Made by a program: the position numbers and the translations under genes
From: Tubiluchus corallicola
Taxonomy: Eukaryota > Animalia > Priapulida
DNA length: 42,711 nt
Direction: 5' to 3'
Assembly: GCA_030141605.1 (NCBI GenBank)
Contig: JAQGDQ010001397.1
Span: forward strand, 1-42,711
In this document: positions 22,373-36,105 of the stretch, one piece after another
Numbering within the stretch: the stretch's first letter is position 1
How the letters are laid out: each line of letters begins with the position of its first letter
The notes under the pieces: generated by a model
Database searches by the model: none
The model's input: the letters and a program-made list of their open reading frames with translations, nothing else
Told to the model about the DNA's origin: nothing

Positions 22373-23739
22373 AACAGTTTAAAAAATAAACAACTTATTA
22401 ATTTAGAAGGAAAATGCCCTTATTTTACCACAACAGAAGACAATATCACATACCAATAACAAAATACAAGAATTAGAAAAATGTACAATTCCTTTTTGTA
22501 AGTCACATTCACATAGCCAAAGGCTCATCCATTTAGTGAAAGAAATACTTTTGAACTTTGCGCTACATGTTTTGAACTTACGGTGCTTAACCGAATTTCA
22601 AGACTTGAATGCACCTCCACGTGATGTCTCGTTAAGCCAAGATGTTAACTGATGTTTTGTAAAATAATAAGAAATTGCAATTTCACCAAAGCAGATTAGA
22701 AGATTCTTGAACTGTACTTGGTGAATACAATCTAAAACAGCCAACTGGGCAGTCAAGAAAACTGCAAAGAAATTTATAATAACAAAGTGGACCTGTAGCA
22801 AGAAAGCTACGCCTATAACCAACTGACGGGGCGTGCAAAGTGGGACTATTTAAGCTTTAAAGTCCCACTAAAGTAAAGTAAAGTAAAGTCCCACTAACGT
22901 AAAGTACTGACGACCACTTTAGCATTTCGGAAAAGGCAATATTTCGGTTTTAGGACATCGCTGCTGGATAACAAACACAAATCCAGTCACCATAGCACTA
23001 CTAAAATATATTTTAACGGTAATTAATTAAATATATTAAATTACCAAAAAATAAGTTATTGAAATAAGTTATCAACTGCTTGTTTGTCTTAATGCAACTC
23101 ATCAAAAAAAGTTAAGGGATTTTCACACAAAATTCTTTCAAAAAGTTTAGCTGTTAAACAATGCCTATTAATAAGGATAAAATTAAATCAGCTTAACTAT
23201 TCCTTCATTTTCATTCGTTCATTGAATCCACAACAACCGTTACAGCATAGAACATCAAAAAACTTTAATGATTTGGTAATACTATCTACCCAAAGTGTTA
23301 AGCTGGCCTACAGGATGCTCAAAAAGTAATTACTTGTTGCGGGCACCCGAAATCAAAGCGGATTGCGAAAAAGAAGAAAGAGCAAAGAAGCAGAAAAGAA
23401 TTGTTGAAGGAGAATACAGAGATGCGATGGTAACAGCATGAAGTGATGCGCAGTATAGAAATTAACATAGCCAGCCACAATAATCTCGGCAGGGGCAGCC
23501 AAATTAGTCAAATTGATTAAGAGATGATTTCATTTTTCAAATTTCTTTTGAGGTTATTTATAGATATCAAGTTTTTATGCATTCATTGATCTATTCATCT
23601 ATCCAACTATTCATTTTAGAATGCACTTAGAAAATCTTTCTCAATAATAGGCCTGCTTGCATCAAAATTCGAAACGCATGTACAACTTTTTATACCACAA
23701 ACTCGTTTTTTTGTTTTTTAAGTAACTTATCAATCTTAC

Positions 23740-23892
23740 CAACGTCAGTTGCAGTTAAAACATGCATGGTCATTATAACGTCAGTGATTTCCCCCATAAA
23801 ACTTTGAGCTGAGTCAAAGTTACCACGCACACTGTCCTGCTCTTGTCCAATCATCAAATCACCTCCTTTAGATACAGTGTCTGTTTCTAGAG
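23740..23892 (-). CDS. Pentraxin exon E4
   Basis: Same as 2795-2947; GQEQD motif. Confidence 0.9.
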
Positions 23893-24060
23893 CTGGAAAA
23901 ATACAGCAAGCCGCATTATTATACATTTTCTTCATGAGACTTCATTTACCTGCTATTGGCCATTTTTATAACTTCAGCGACATATTTATAATACCCATTA
24001 ATGTACAACTATCAAATTTCTTGACAAAAAAGGTTATAACAGGGATAATATCATACTTAC

Positions 24061-24182
24061 CATCGAAATTACCATTACCATGTAACACTCCATCAAGATA
24101 CACTACGTATTCACCATGGCTGTATGTTACACACAGATGGTGGAACGTTCCATCCATTAGAGGTGTTGCCAAAAAAATAGAT
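24061..24182 (-). CDS. Pentraxin exon E3
   Basis: Same as 3116-3237; HHLCVT. Confidence 0.9.
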
Positions 24183-24987
24183 CTGAAATTTGAGGTGTGC
24201 AAACAGCAACAAAATAGTTTTAATCATAAGTAATTCTTATGAGAAACAAAAGTGATGGAGTAACAAATGTTTTAGCAGTGACAGAGGTTTAAATGCACTC
24301 TAGTTTAAACTAAAGCCGTAACAGGCATCTTATAGTAAATCACGCAAAAACAAGATAGTCGATATAAAAAGGGGGACAATCTTAACAAAAATTACATTTT
24401 AGCTTTAATCTACCTTTTAAATAAAGTTTTTATTGTCTGATGATATTAGTTATTTTGGAATTAGTTTGTTCAACTGCCTGTAGGTGACGCATCGATATGC
24501 ATTATATCATTAAGTGCAAAAAATTTTAATTTATTATATTTTTTAATCATGAGTTGGAGTTTTGCTTCATGTGGTGACTCTTCAAGATAATAAAAGTTGA
24601 TGTGCATTATAGCAAAACTGATATAGCAATAACAATACTAAAATATCAAAATTCCTGAAAACTGTTACGGCCCACTAAACACAGAAACTGAATTGTGGTA
24701 ATTCTAAATTTATCAACACAGGTTTTTGCTTTGTTGTTATTATTGTTTGGATAAAGAACACCATAGTAAACGCAAAAGCGGACAAAACTATTCTTATAGG
24801 ACATTTTGGACAATTCTTTCAGGGCAAAACGGAATTTGGCTATATCATCCACACTGTTCACTTTATTGCATGTCTAAATTGACTTGAATTTGTTTAGATG
24901 CGTCACGAACCATAAGCAAAGAACACACACATTAAATTCATTAAATTTTACATTATGAGGTGTTTTTGTGAAGGTAGATCGTGTCAC

Positions 24988-25112
24988 CTGTCATTTACTA
25001 TAATCTTCAGCTCCTCATTAGTTGTCATATACAAAAGAATGGCATTGGCAGTGCCCTCATTAGCGTATGACACCAATGCTCCCTTAGAAAACCCAGCATA
25101 GGTGAGAACCCA
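24988..25112 (-). CDS. Pentraxin exon E2 (not in the ORF track)
   Basis: tttcag/gtgaca boundaries, phase 0-2. WVLTYAGFSKGALVSYANEGTANAILLYMTTNEELKIIVND(R) has the pentraxin W...G.L.SYA...N.I.L pattern, and its phase matches E3. Confidence 0.85.
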
Positions 25113-28090
25113 CTGAAATTGAAAATTATAATCAGATTAATTAAGAAAGAATACACTAAATTGTCTTGTGTACATAGCTAAAAAATACATAATGTAAGCA
25201 TGCTCAATTATTAAAATGGTATCAAAATCTTGATATGGTGGGCCATTATAAATGTGATATTTGTAAGAAAGTTTTGTCTTCAGAATTTAATGGTGATTAA
25301 ATCTGTTTTTGCTGTTTCACGCATTCAACTGCCGGGTCAGAATAAAGTAGATCCCTTTCGGAGTCTGAAACAAGCAAACAGAATGGTTTGTAACTAATTA
25401 CTAATAAAGCAACATGGAAAAGCTATTTTAGTGATGTGACTCAAACAAAAGCAATGAGAGGTGCACAAAGCCACACAGATCACAAACTGACAGGTTGTAA
25501 AGTTACATTTAAGACCACACCACGTGTATTAGAAGGGGTTTCAAGCATACGAAGTGCTTATTATCTGAAAAAGCATGAAGTGCAGGGATAATCACAGAAC
25601 GATACGCACAATTAATAATGATAACTAACAGAATGATAACTAATCATGTCTGTTAATGTTTTATTTACTACATGTGAACAAATTACATTACCACAGCAAC
25701 ATACAGAATTCATCTACTACAATACATTATCTTCTGTTGAAACAAAGTGAGATGTTATTTCAAACAAAGATGTACATATTATCATTAACTGTCTCTTTCC
25801 CTCTAGCACAAATGTGTGCTTGCATGGCAAAAAAACGTCCACAAGTCGGCATTAAGCTTTTTTAGTTATTCACATATCCTGAATCTCCATTTCCTGAGGA
25901 TCATTTTGATACCAAGGTCATCATTCTATGTTATTTCTAAGCTGAGATAATTCACATTGAAGTTGAGGTGCAGGCTATGCACTGAAAAACATAATCTTGA
26001 GAACCTCAATGTTAAAGTTAACCATTGTTTTTGTCGCGTTTCTGCAAAACATTTAGCAACCGTACGAAAGTGTGGTTGCTATGGACTTTCCAACAACAAA
26101 TTGAAATTACGTTTAAATCCAGTAGATGGCTCTTCCTGACGAAGATTTGGTCTTGTCAACAGAAAAAAACCCGAAGCAAAATGGCTGCGTCTACGAGCTA
26201 CAAGCGGAGTTAGAAAATACAAGTTTTTTTACAATTGCAGTACTAATTTCTATACAGAAAAGTGGGTAAGGAGTTATAAAATTAGAATTTTAGTATTTTT
26301 TGGACATTTTCGTGATAATTTCATGCTAGAATATAAAAGTCCAAAATGTTTAGACTTTGCTTTCATAAAAAAACAAGAAATTGACATTAGACTAAATTTT
26401 TGATGCATTCAACTTTGAAGCATCATAACGTAGTTTTAACTATACCGACTTACGGACGGTTTTGGTTTGCAAAGACACAAACGTAAAACTTGTATTCACA
26501 AAATTAGCAACAAAGTGTAAGCTGATATATAAATGCGATGATACTGTACAATGAATAATATACGTTAGATGTGGAAGTGGTGCTTGTTGTGTTTAATTGT
26601 TTTGACGGTAGAATTCTACCTGCACAATGTCTGCAAGGGACGTAATGAACGTATGATGAACGTATATTGTAAAGATCATTATGATGTTGCCATAATGATA
26701 ACAAGCGCATATTTTAATCTTGGGTTGTTTTTGCTCTGGGAAACAACATAATCATGTAAAAAAACTGTTAGTTTCATACACATTTAATACTGAGCGATAA
26801 AGACAACAACAACAACAACGATAACAACATTGTAGTTTGTGGAGTATTACTTTTAAAGTTGGCTATCTACGTGAGAATTTAGCCCTTAAACGAATTCAAT
26901 ATTAAACTGAACAACATCATTGCTGAACAATAATTATGGTCTAAAGTACGCAACCGAAAATGAGTATGTTTTGCGCTTGTCTTGACAGCGTACATGAACA
27001 TTATCTAAACTTTTCTACAAAAACGGTTTTTGAGCAACCGCTTTTTACTAATTGACAAAAAAGGAACGATTATGGTAATTCCAGTTCTGCTGCCCAGTTT
27101 AGTTTCAAAGGCTTGACTGGAAAATAAGCAAAACTTTCAATCCACATGTCCAGCGGCTTAAAGTCGCAAGAACGAGCATACTGGCCTTTTTATAATGCAC
27201 TCCTGTAAGCGAACGCGTTGAATTGATTTAGCTAGGACGGGCAAACAGAGACAGCAAAGTTTGTATGCTGTTTTGTATAGTGGTAGTACTTATTGATGTG
27301 ACAGTAGCTGTTTATTGGCGTGAGGTGATGACAAAGCTATAAGATCTGGATTGATGACAATTAACACATTTATTTCACAATAATATATTACATAAGAGTA
27401 CACATGTCATAGCTATGCCAAGCCCCCTTTGATCTATGCCTCCTCTTCCTGAGATCCCTGGCCCTGATCTGATCTTCACTCACTCTCTCTGACTTGCTGG
27501 CTTCTTCGAGGTGCCAGTCTGACAGCGCATGCGCGGGGGAAATGGGCATTCTACTGGGGCGCACGTGCAGGGGAAATGGGCATTCTACTGGAACCAGCTT
27601 GGCGGCCTAGAAGAGCTACTTCTGTATTAGGAATCTTAGTGGAGAAGGCATCACGTGACTGCCGCACCTTAATCTCGTGCTCAGCAGTCTGGCTTCATTT
27701 CTAGATATATGACATATTCACTTATCAAACCATTAATCATATAACATCCTTTAATTACCGAACTACTAATCATACATTTTTAACATTTTACCGATTCTCT
27801 TTACTGAGACTACTCTCTAGATTGCTAAAATTTTCTTTCACACGCGAAATTAATGCAAGATCCTTTAAAGGAGTATTTGAGAAAAGACAAAGACAGATTG
27901 GTGTAGTAGCAATTTAAATTAAACTTAAAATTAGATATAGCCTTCCTAAAGAAGTTCGTGATTTATTTCAACAAATACGAGACTAAATTAGCGAATGGAA
28001 CTAAGAAATAAAGAAGAAGGATGCAGATCACATTTCTATGAGTTTTAGTGTGCGAAAGAACGTTAAACAAACAGATGGATATTGGATGGG

Positions 28091-28520
<430 letters not shown>

Positions 28521-28535
28521 TATATATACTTTCAG

Positions 28536-28662
28536 GTCTCTTCAATGTCCAAGGGTATCAATCCACAAGCACCTGGTCATTGCGTTTCTTCTACGGTTCA
28601 TCTTAATGATTATTGTCATAGAGCCTTACATATCAAAGCGGACGAAATCATACCAAGATGTG
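28536..28662 (+). CDS. Class B1 (secretin-family; calcitonin/CRF-receptor-like) GPCR exon, ICL1-TM2
   Basis: tttcag/gtaacg boundaries, phase 2-0. SLQCPRVSIHKHLVIAFLLRFILMIIVIEPYISKRTKSYQDV matches the class B1 L.C.R..IH..L...F.LR motif. Confidence 0.88.
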
Positions 28663-28739
28663 GTAACGGATTATACTGTGTTGTATATAGAAAAGAAGTC
28701 TTTAGAAAACACAACTACATTAAAACTTCCAAATCACAT

Positions 28740-29234
28740 AGTGCATAATTTACTGTATCAATTTCTTTTCTACTGGTCTGCTTAATCATTACCTATTTGA
28801 CTTTTGTTAAATACATAAATAGTGCATAATTTACTGTATCAATTTCTTTTCTACTGGTCTGCTTAATCAATACCTATTTGACTTTTGTAAGTACATAATT
28901 AGTGCATAATTTACTGTATCAATTTCTTTTCTACTGGTCTGCTTAATCAATACCTATTTGGCTTTTGTAAGTACATAATTAGTGCATAATTTACTGTATC
29001 AATTTCTTTTCTGCAGATCTGCTTAATCATTACCTATTTGGCTTTTGTTAAATACATAATTAGTGCATAATTTACTGTATCAATTTCTTTTCTACTGATC
29101 TGCTTAATCATTACCTAATTGGCTTCTGTTAAATGCATAATTAGTGCATAATTTACTGTATAAATTTCTTTTCTACAGGTCTGCTTAATCATTACCTATT
29201 TGGCTTCTGCTAAATACTTAATTAGTGCATAATG
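28740..29234 (+). repeat. 80/81-bp tandem repeat (6 units) derived from the Penelope pLTR
   Basis: Unit starts at 28740, 28821, 28901, 28981, 29062, 29143 and 29224. The unit is homologous to ~9290-9368. Confidence 0.9.
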
Positions 29235-29244
29235 TTCTATACTG

Positions 29245-29375
29245 TAAGCTCTGCCTATATAAACTGGTTGTATGTTTATCAAAATTTACCACTGATGATG
29301 ACAGCATTAACTCTGTCCAAACGTTTGGCGTGATTTTCGATTAGTTGAATTGGAAGTAATAATAAAGTTGTGTTG
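29245..29375 (+). mobile_element. Penelope-like pLTR 3' end
   Basis: gctctgcctatataaactggttgtatgttt...aataaagttgtg is shared with 9370-9483 and 14970-15092. Confidence 0.75.
29289..29328 (+). ncRNA. Minimal hammerhead ribozyme with mutated core (GAAA->CAAA)
   Basis: cca CTGATGA t gacag-cattaact-ctgtc CAAA cg TT tgg; G->C at 29318. Confidence 0.6.
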
Positions 29376-29959
29376 TTTTGGCTGTGCTAGAAGTTGTCTT
29401 TAGATAATATTCAATAAATGACGCTAGTGGTTTGTTAGACATTTTTGAGTGATTGATAGGAAATTCTGGCGTGATCGAAGTTAGTAAATAAAAATTGTCC
29501 AAGCGTTATGGAAAATTTCTAGCATCACGAAAACTATAGTAATCATAGCCAGTAATATTGATTCCTGTTGTTGAAGTTACAGCTTACACAGCACAAACAA
29601 TTAATAACTGAGTTTTGATTTGTTAGCTGTTTTTGCCAAGTTTTCTACACTCCAGAAAATATCATTTAAAGCACAAGAAAACCCTCCACTTACATCAAGC
29701 TAAAAATCCGTCTTTAAATTTTATACCACTTTCTTACTGCCTTTTTGCATGCAGGACTTGCGTTGGTAGTAATGCTGTATGAAACTTGTAAAAATAAACT
29801 CCTGCGATGACCGCAGCCATTTTAATGGTAGGTCCTCTGAGACAAGTATAGATAACATTGAGTAAACTTTGAAAAATGAACAGAGCATGGGTAGCGCACA
29901 TGTTACTAAGTAAAAGTTTAAATTACTGTATCTCATCACTAAGATTAAAAATACGTTTT

Positions 29960-30339
29960 TTAGTTAGTGAGTGGCGCGCCCAGGAGGATGAGTCAGCGAC
30001 ATTTTACCAATTGGCACGAACATTTTAAATTATTATTATTTCTAGTTACGTAAATCTTTCCAGCAGGTAAGCGAAATGCTAAGTAATATAGGTTTACACG
30101 GAAAGTTTTTTGGTTCATAATTTAACATTTCTTTTTCTTCCCCTGATTTATGTTGTGCGTAAGTGACGTCATGTAATGGCGCGGCCGGAACAATATTGCG
30201 GGAGATTTAAAATGAAAACAAACAAAAAAATCCTTTCAAAACGAGTACGATATATGCATAAAATTGCTGTAAACGAATATAATTTTATAAGGCGATTTTT
30301 CTGAAACCTACTTCAGGCACCCCTTTTCCTGCCCTTTAA
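29960..30339 (-). mobile_element. DNA-transposon terminal fragment, Kolobok-like
   Basis: Diverged inverted copy of 38831-39212. The terminus reads ttaa-aggg (TTAA target site plus RR start). Confidence 0.5.
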
Positions 30340-30511
30340 GTGAAATAGTGACCAGTTATAAAAACCCTATATGCTAAGTGACATGTCCTCTCTTTTAAAC
30401 TTGCTTGGTAGACTGGTCACCATTTCTAGTTCAACTATTTTATCGCTTCAGTCCTGGTATTGAGTTTGAGAACTAATTATCTACATACTAAAAAAAACTT
30501 GTTTATTTTAC

Positions 30512-30668
30512 CAATGGCTGTGTAAAGCAATCAAAATCGTCGGCGTCTATGCCATGATGGCGTCCATCTTCTGGACCTTTGTCGAGAGTCTCTTATTGCA
30601 TAATCACATTGCTGTCGCTGTTTTCCAGACAGAGGCGCCCTTTCTTCTCTTTTACTTCATTGGTTGGG
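30512..30668 (+). CDS. Class B1 GPCR exon TM3-TM4, non-canonical acceptor
   Basis: QWLCKAIKIVGVYAMMASIFWTFVESLLLHNHIAVAVFQTEAPFLLFYFIGW(G) followed by gtaagt matches FW..VE.L.LH and GWG. It is preceded by ttttAC rather than AG. Confidence 0.88.
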
Positions 30669-32779
30669 GTAAGTAAAGCAGCGCGACGGTGATTGTAGTC
30701 ACAGAAACACTGTCAACAGAGGTTAATACCACTGAATGCTTAATTGTAACGTAATCAGTATATAAATGTCCCACATATCCCATAAAGTGGATTAACCTGA
30801 CTGTTCAGAGCGCAGGTGAGTAAAACAGAAAGGTGACTAGCAGGTAACAAACTGAAAAACAGGCCAAAAGCTTTACATTCCTGCCACAGATGTCGCCTCG
30901 TGCACGTATTTGTAAGCAAGATTAACAAAAAAAAACTAAGTCTGCTACAGTGATAATGTAGAAGCGTTTTTTGATTTTCAAACATTTGAAGCGCCATCTC
31001 AGACCATGACAGCAAAGAAATAAAGATAAAATGCAATGCATGTATAGAGTACAAAAGCTAAAAAGAGTTAAATTATCAACAGCCTCAATCCTATACGTCT
31101 TATTTCTGAAGATCGGTAACGGGCTGGGGGTGGTGCTAGCCATGGGTAGATAGCCCGTTTAGCGGTCATCGGGTGTCATAGGCGTATTTAGAATTTGCGC
31201 GATGATTTGGGCTGCATTTTAGGACATGTCCACCAAGAGGAGTACCGACGAGTTAATTAGATGTTCTATTTTTGGCAATTTTTGTTTGGAAAACTGCTGA
31301 CGCAAAGCCATTGTTGTGACGTCATCCATTATACTCTGCCTATAACTTTATAACTTTAATTCAGTAAAAGCTGCTACTGGCTTTGCGTTATAAACGAGGA
31401 CTATGTAGGATGTTCGCTTATTATTGATTATAAGTGTACTTATTCGCAAATTTTTTTGCAGGGCCTTTGCTAGTTTAGAATATTAACGTAACAAAATTCC
31501 ACGGGTTTTTCGCCCACACTAAAACCGTCTTTACCAAAAAAAGGTAAAACTGGTGTTTGCAGACTGTGCGAAAACAACGAATTATATTCATTGTAGCGAA
31601 ATGGGTACCAACGCTTTTTATAGATAAAATAACTCATTTATTATATATACAGCATATATATGCGATTACATATTTTGAGTACATTGCTAAATTACTTATA
31701 GTATATTGGGTGGTCTTCCAGGAAGGTGAAGGCAGCGCAGAAAGCGCTCTCTGTTTATTTATATTTTTTATTCACACCCAATAGTAAAATACAGTCTATG
31801 GTAAAAACCATATATGTAAAACACGTTGGCAAAAACATACAAATACAATACTTACAAGAGTGTGGTAAAGACACAAAGAGATTAACTGATTACATGTGTC
31901 TACAGCGTACAAGGAATTTATGCACGTTAACTTTATATAACTTTTAAATAACTTAATATTTTACGAGGGTGCACCATGAACAAATACAGGCAATGAATTT
32001 CCATGTGATAACTTCATAATTTCCATTTTACAACACTTTTTGTATAATGAAAAGTGCTCCGCTACATAATTCCTCCGCCCACATGAACACATCAAGTTTT
32101 GATAAAAATAAGGCTTAATATATTATCATAGTTTGTAACTTATTGCATGAACTAACTACTGTGGATAATACCATTGGATATTAACAAAACAGGTAATTAG
32201 ACATTCAGAATGTCAATCATACTTCTTAGCGTTGACAATAATATTTGAACTGCGTTATCAAAATCCGCCGCAATATGGCGCTAGAGTGCAAGTTAGATGG
32301 TTTTCTTACTACGTATAGCGGTTTGCTGCTCGTAATGTGCTGGCTGATAATGCGTTGACCGTTTAACGTAGACTATGTAAGGCAAGAGATGAATTTAGGC
32401 AACATTCTAGGTTAAGTTTACGATGCTAATGAAACACGTAAATTAACTTGACAACCTCATACAATAACATCATAAACCTCACGACAATCTCATAATCGCG
32501 TGTTCTAGCACTTAACAGCACGCTGTCCATTGTTCATTACAAAAACCGGACGATTCTTTAACAGAGGGCAGCACCGTCCAATAAGAGTGAATTCAATTGG
32601 GATGTTAGTAAGGCTTCTATAATATACATTGCGTATGCACCTGGCGATGTAGAAATAAACGAATATGCAAACCTATGACCTGCAACAACGCAAAATGTAA
32701 ATCCAACTAAGCCTAACATGTAATGGCGGCCTTAAAGCAAAACCGAATCCAATGTTAAACTGTAGGTCAACGCAACCTG

Positions 32780-33095
32780 TTCTTTAAAATATTAAAAGGA
32801 AACATACTATTTTTCAAAGAATGAGTTACGTCACACAATTTCGCGTTCCGCTACTAGTTCTTTGCTGTTACATGCATTTCGACATTTGCTAGTTAGACGG
32901 GCACTAGGACCTGCATTTCGGAAAGCGTTGCGCGCAAAAAAAACAGGTGCTGTACCACTCTGTTCAGATGTGTCAGTTTGTGACGAACTGGACACGTACG
33001 ACAGCTCATGCATGCGTAACTGCAGCTTAATTTTTATCATAACATTTGCTGTGCTTTAGTACAACACACTGAACCTCTTACAGTAGCACTTTACT
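32780..33095 (+). repeat. Unclassified dispersed repeat related to 15833-16150 and 8300-8623
   Basis: Shared blocks tctttaaaatat..aaaggaaaca, tttttcaa, acagctcatgcatg and cttacagtagcact. Confidence 0.55.
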
Positions 33096-33299
33096 TCAAT
33101 TTTCTCCCATTCAGTAATTTATTTATCAATGTCCAGTTAAACTTCATTAAATTTTGCATATTCTTATGCAACAAATTTCTCTGACTCACTAAACATTTTT
33201 GTTAAATTCACACCTCCGAACATACTTTAATTTTAAACTAATTATTATTATAAACTATAAAATAATTATAATATGAGTATTAATCAATTATTATAATAA

Positions 33300-34150
33300 T
33301 CTTATTTGCAATAACAACGAGACTAATTTTTTTGGAAGTTCAAAGTTTAATACGGTGGTGCGAATAGAATAATTTAGAACTGAATGTTTCAAAAACAAAA
33401 GAAATTAGAATAATTTAGAACTGAATGTTTCGAAAACAAAAGAAATAATCGTAGATTTAAGAAAGAAGACTGACGGAAAGGCATCTTTACTTATAAATAA
33501 AACAGATGTAGAAATTGTTAAAGAATTCAAATTTGTGGGAATAAAAATTTCAGATGATCAGGGAAGCTAATGTGACTATTGTGTAAAAAGGCCCGCCAGC
33601 GTCTGTACTTTTTAGATAATTGGCATCTTATAACGTTGCCCCTACTGTGATTGAAAGTTTGTATCGTGCAGTAATTGAGAACGCCTCAACAACATCTCTC
33701 AATGTTTGGTACCATGGCGCCACCACATAGGAAGATCGCAATGTTCTTGATCAAATTTTAAAATGCGCCTCAAAAATTGTAGGAATTCAACAGCAATTCT
33801 ATGCGACACTTATATAAAACTAGGGTCGCAATGAGAGCGCAAGTTATCATGAAAGATGAATTCCATCCAGGTAAGAAATATTTCGAAATGCTCCCCTCTG
33901 GTCATAGATCCCCTCGTAGATTCCGCTCAATTAACGCTAAAACCACAAGAACTTTAAATTCTTTCTATCCCGTTGCAATTCTCACAATCAACAGTAAATT
34001 TCAGTAAATCTCCAATATTAATTCTCTATTTTACTGTACAACTGATTGAATTATTTGTGTTAATCTTCTTGTTGTTTCCATAAGTTATTGCAGTACGTAA
34101 AACTACATAAATTTCATTGTAGCAATTGTCCCATAATGACAATAAATTGC
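33300..34150 (+). mobile_element. 5'-truncated degenerate non-LTR retrotransposon, Rex1/Babar-like
   Basis: WCE*NNLELNVSKTKEIIVDLRK, ARQRLYF, YRAVIE, LPSG..RFRSINAKTTRTLNSFYPVAI; frameshifts and stops; 41-bp internal tandem duplication at 33365-33446. Confidence 0.85.
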
Positions 34151-34375
34151 CTACCTACCTACCTACCTACCTACACACCTACCTACCTACCTACCTACCT
34201 ACCTACCTACCTACCTACCTACCTACCTACCTACCTACCTACCTACCTACCTAACTGCCTGCCTACCTACCTATCTATCTACCTACCTGCCTAACTATCT
34301 ACCTACCTACCTGCCTACCTACCTATCTATCTACCTACCTGCCTAACTACCTAACTACCTACCTACCTACTTACT
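34150..34375 (+). repeat. (CTAC)n microsatellite forming the 3' tail of the LINE
   Basis: Starts right after aataaa; tandem-repeat tails are typical of this LINE group. Confidence 0.9.
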
Positions 34376-35483
34376 TATTTATCATAAATTCGCCTTATAA
34401 TGTAGTCTAACTGCAAACAACGCTATGCAAGTAATTTTCATGTAACAATTTTGAGGCTTACCTCAATTTAACGCAATTTGCTTCTCTTGCTTGTGAAAAC
34501 AATCGAGGTTAACTTTCCCGCGCAAAAGATTCACAGATATTCCAGGATATTGCGGTTAAAACAACAGCAGCACAGTCCACAATGAACTCACCGCGTATTG
34601 AATAATCCGTAACTAACATTTTGTTATAACAAAAACTATAATTTTTGTTCAAAAAATGTTGCTTATTAGTTACACCACGAAACCTAATTTGATTCTCTGA
34701 ATTCCATATTGAGGTTGCCAGGTTAATTAGTTAATGTGACACATGGCAGCTTCTACTTTCAACTAATAGCAGCAATGCAATAATAATTACTGCATTAATT
34801 ATTTTTCTAGCATAATTTTTTTACGAACTTCTGTCATCATCCTTTAGACATCCAAAGACTCAGTACAGAATTAAGTGTCAATTATCAATTATTACAATGT
34901 TGGAAGTATTCGCATGGTGGCGCCACCTTTCGGAACAGAAATTGATCTGTAAGGAAACCACAATAACTCAGGACGCTGTTATTCGGTTGATTTGTCAATG
35001 ACTGACATACCAGGAATTTTCTTTAATTTTTATAATGAAATTTGATAAATCACAAAATGTAAAACAAGCTGAAATTGAATGTTGAAAATGTTGAAAATCC
35101 ATCTTTTACATATAGATGTAGATTAGTGTCAAAAATACATACAATACTAAAAAAAACTAGACACGCATACAATTTCAATTTTGAAATATAATGAAAATAG
35201 GCAAATAAAACAATAATAATAAGGCAAATATTATTAAATCTTCCTGTTATTTAAATGAAAAGTTTAATGATTAGTATTTAAAATAAATTGTCATTCATAA
35301 GGCCTCATTTTTAATAATATGGTCATATAGTATATTTTTCATCATGTCTTAAAAACGGTTTTTCAGCATAATCAATAAATGCGTTAATTATTTCTAAATC
35401 ATTACTTCCTGTCAAAAATAAAAATTTATCAGCATCGCTCATAAGAAAAAATTCTGGTTTAATTACATTGATGCGATCATATG

Positions 35484-35635
<152 letters not shown>

Positions 35636-36105
35636 TTAAAATTTCAACTATTGTTGATCACAAAATTACGCTACTTACTTAGTTAGTTTTTCTTTTCAAT
35701 GTTTTTTTGCATTTATGAGACAAAAACACGCAGAAATGGCAGTTGAAAAGAAATTATACAAAGTCCACAGATTTACATGCGCGTGCACAATGAGAAATTG
35801 TTAGCCTCGCGCAAAATGTGACGCAACAACGCGCGCCATGTTATTAGTAGGGTACAGTTGTAATACTAAAGAGATTTTGAGTTTGCTAAAGTTGTGCTTT
35901 CTACCAATCTATTAAACAATTTGCAACAGTACTGTAGATGTGTTATACAGGCGTTGGTTAATTAAATTGAACTTCTTGCATTAAATAGTCAAACATCTCA
36001 ACGTTTACATCTTTGAAATCAGGCCGTAACTGTCTCTTTCAATTCTTCATTGTAAATATTTTTTCATCCAAACCTTTCTCTTTCTTTTCCAATTTTTTTT
36101 AATCA

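Larger units (their letters stand above)
21235..24266 (+). repeat. Segment A in its native context (duplicate of 1-3321)
   Basis: Direct repeat whose exons are collinear with flanking exons on both sides. Confidence 0.95.

Noticed and set aside
25180-25364. Candidate missing E1 exon on the minus strand (ttcag acceptor at 25365; LSMLTLCI near 25200)
   Set aside because: Stops in all frames after the acceptor and no suitable donor after TLC; could be a degenerate exon but cannot be supported.
27297-27842. Possible solo LTR (TGTGA...TCACA, internal 22-bp direct repeat ggggaaatgggcattctactgg)
   Set aside because: No target-site duplication, PBS or second copy visible.
30505-30511. U12-type AT-AC intron
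   Set aside because: The upstream donor is GTAACG and no TCCTTAAC-like branch point is present.
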